Assembly (NCBI GenBank): GCA_964530955.1
Contig: CAZHCL010000002.1
Location: forward strand, 7,412-71,411
Length of the DNA stretch: 64,000 bases
DNA from: Candidatus Woesearchaeota archaeon
GTDB lineage: Archaea > Nanobdellota > Nanobdellia > Pacearchaeales > GW2011-AR1
Reading direction: 5' to 3'
Part shown: positions 62,938-64,000 of the stretch, in pieces
How positions within the stretch are numbered: the first letter of the stretch is position 1
How the letters are laid out: the number at the start of each line of letters is the position of its first letter
Notes under the pieces: generated by a model
Databases searched by the model: none
Seen by the model: only the letters and a program-made list of their open reading frames with translations
What the model was told of the DNA's origin: nothing
Translations under genes and position numbers: made by a program

Positions 62938-63330
62938 ATGGCAGCGCAAAGCAGAGAAACAAGGCAGAAGAAAATAATCGAAGAGGAAGTAGAAAAAGAA
63001 AAATCCTTCTTTACTTCAGATAGCCTTTTCTCAAAAATCAAGGCAAGAGAGAAAAATATAGGAATAGCCACAGTTTACAGGTTTCTTAAAGACCTAAGAG
63101 CAAAAGGAAAGATTCACACCTATCTTTGTGATAAAAAGATACTTTATTCAAAAGGAGAGCCAAATCATTGCCATTTCATCTGTGAAAAATGCAATAAGAG
63201 CAGGCACATAAAATTGAGCAGACTTGACTTCATAAAAAAAGAAATTAAAGAGGATATTTGCCATTTCCAGCTTGATGTCTACGGAATATGCGAATCATGC
63301 AAAGAAAAAATCAATAAGCGTGAAAACTGA
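62938..63330 (+). CDS. Fur-family metalloregulator (Zur-like by context)
   Basis: ETRQKKIIEE, IATVYRFLKDLRAKGKI, HCHFICEKC...CESC. I chose the ATG at 62938. Confidence 0.8.
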   Translation: MAAQSRETRQKKIIEEEVEKEKSFFTSDSLFSKIKAREKNIGIATVYRFLKDLRAKGKIHTYLCDKKILYSKGEPNHCHFICEKCNKSRHIKLSRLDFIKKEIKEDICHFQLDVYGICESCKEKINKREN

Positions 63331-63892
63331 TTTCGCATCTAGTCATCTTCTCATAAAACTCGAGTTCTGGTCTTTTATCCCTTATTTCATAAACAAACTT
63401 TTCTCCCCCAATCCAGAAAAAAAACCAACCAGCAGGCTCAAGAAATACCAATAAAATATTGAATATTATACTGCTTGCACCATAGTGGGAAACAACTGCG
63501 GCAAGCATGAGCATAGCAAGACCTAAAACAGAAAGAAAAAGTCCTTTCCTTCTTATGTTAGCCATATCCTGATGAATAAGCATCGCATGCTTCTTGAAAT
63601 GTTCTCTCAATCTTCTTTTTATAAGCACTTCATGCTCAAAATTTCTCTTTGCCTTTGGAATCATAAAACTCAAATCAAGAGTTCCATTTTTATCAAGCGC
63701 AGCTTTTTTAGCTTCAATCAAAAAATCATCTGAAAGAGCTCTCTGAGAAAAATTTCTCGGATCAAAGTCAGAAAAAATATCATCATAAGTGTCAAGAAGA
63801 AGACTTATTTCTGCCTTGGCAAGCAAAGATTGCTTAACCTGCTCCTCTGACCCTGCAGTATCAATCTCATCTGATTTTACTTCTTCAATCAT
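63311..63892 (-). CDS. Hypothetical membrane protein (2-3 C-terminal TM)
   Basis: ORF. ATGA overlap with the upstream partial gene. Confidence 0.55.
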   Translation of the reverse strand: MIEEVKSDEIDTAGSEEQVKQSLLAKAEISLLLDTYDDIFSDFDPRNFSQRALSDDFLIEAKKAALDKNGTLDLSFMIPKAKRNFEHEVLIKRRLREHFKKHAMLIHQDMANIRRKGLFLSVLGLAMLMLAAVVSHYGASSIIFNILLVFLEPAGWFFFWIGGEKFVYEIRDKRPELEFYEKMTRCEISFHAY

Positions 63893-64000
63893 CTTTTAGA
63901 TAATCCTTTGGGATTCATCGCCCTGACTGCAATATAATAAATGACTGCCCCAACCCAAGTAGCAAGAACGATTACAATAATCCATATTATTTTCTCACCC
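63889..64000 (-). CDS. Partial (C-terminal end) small membrane protein with PLDc_N-like motif
   Basis: ..EKIIWIIVIVLATWVGAVIYYIAVRAMNPKGLSKR* resembles the W.l.i...P.lG..iY... motif of PLD-N-terminal membrane domains. Truncated by the window edge. Confidence 0.4.
   Translation of the reverse strand, partial: GEKIIWIIVIVLATWVGAVIYYIAVRAMNPKGLSKR

Noticed and set aside
62803-63071. Long N-terminal extensions of both the ZIP (to 63071) and Fur (from 62803) ORFs, which would overlap each other by about 270 nt
   Set aside because: The extensions carry no family motifs. Internal ATGs at 62879 and 62938 give proteins of canonical length and expose a spacer with a TATA element and a Fur-box palindrome.

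Overview
AT-rich archaeal chromosomal segment, most consistent with a small-genome DPANN-type archaeon. That placement is an inference from gene content and composition, with no search run. The backbone is archaeal information-processing genes: r-proteins S11/S4/S13, L21e, S10, S9/L13/L18e and S17e; RNAP subunits D, L and F; TFE; aIF-1A; archaeal DnaG; tRNA-splicing endonuclease; XerA; ATP-dependent DNA ligase; RadB; ScpB; LeuRS and CysRS. There are also five intron-less tRNAs: Ser-CGA, Ser-GGA, Leu-TAG, Met/Ile2-CAT and Ala-GGC. Several genes look bacterial in type: a short AlaRS, ThyA-DHFR, UppP, MsrB, DsbA-like and a ZIP/Fur pair. First genes of transcription units typically have a (C)TTTAAATA-type TATA box about 25 nt upstream of the ATG, which suggests leaderless mRNAs. 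Internal operon genes are joined by ATGA/TAATG overlaps, sometimes with GGAGG-like SD sequences. No CRISPR array, rRNA or clear mobile element was seen. The best candidates for something new are: (1) positions 1-3731, a seven-gene translationally coupled operon (5' end outside the window) with two stand-alone CheY-like receivers, three proteins I cannot place in any family, and a 54-aa AbrB-like protein missing from the ORF track. (2) A Nudix-ThyA-DHFR-Tmk operon sharing a symmetric 50-bp bidirectional promoter with a gene resembling the thymine-hypermodification pyrophosphorylases (aGPT-Pplase) of phages. (3) An accessory block between cysS and tmk (14.4-20.9 kb), bounded internally by two tRNA-Ser genes. 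It holds orphan genes, tandem W/C-rich paralogs, a GC-rich hairpin/micro-ORF element and an orphan radical-SAM enzyme. Smaller observations include a perfect 7-1-7 Fur box between divergent ZIP and Fur genes, a Kazal-like membrane-anchored protein, a Cys-repeat surface protein, and three small Zn-ribbon/AbrB CDSs below the ORF-track threshold.
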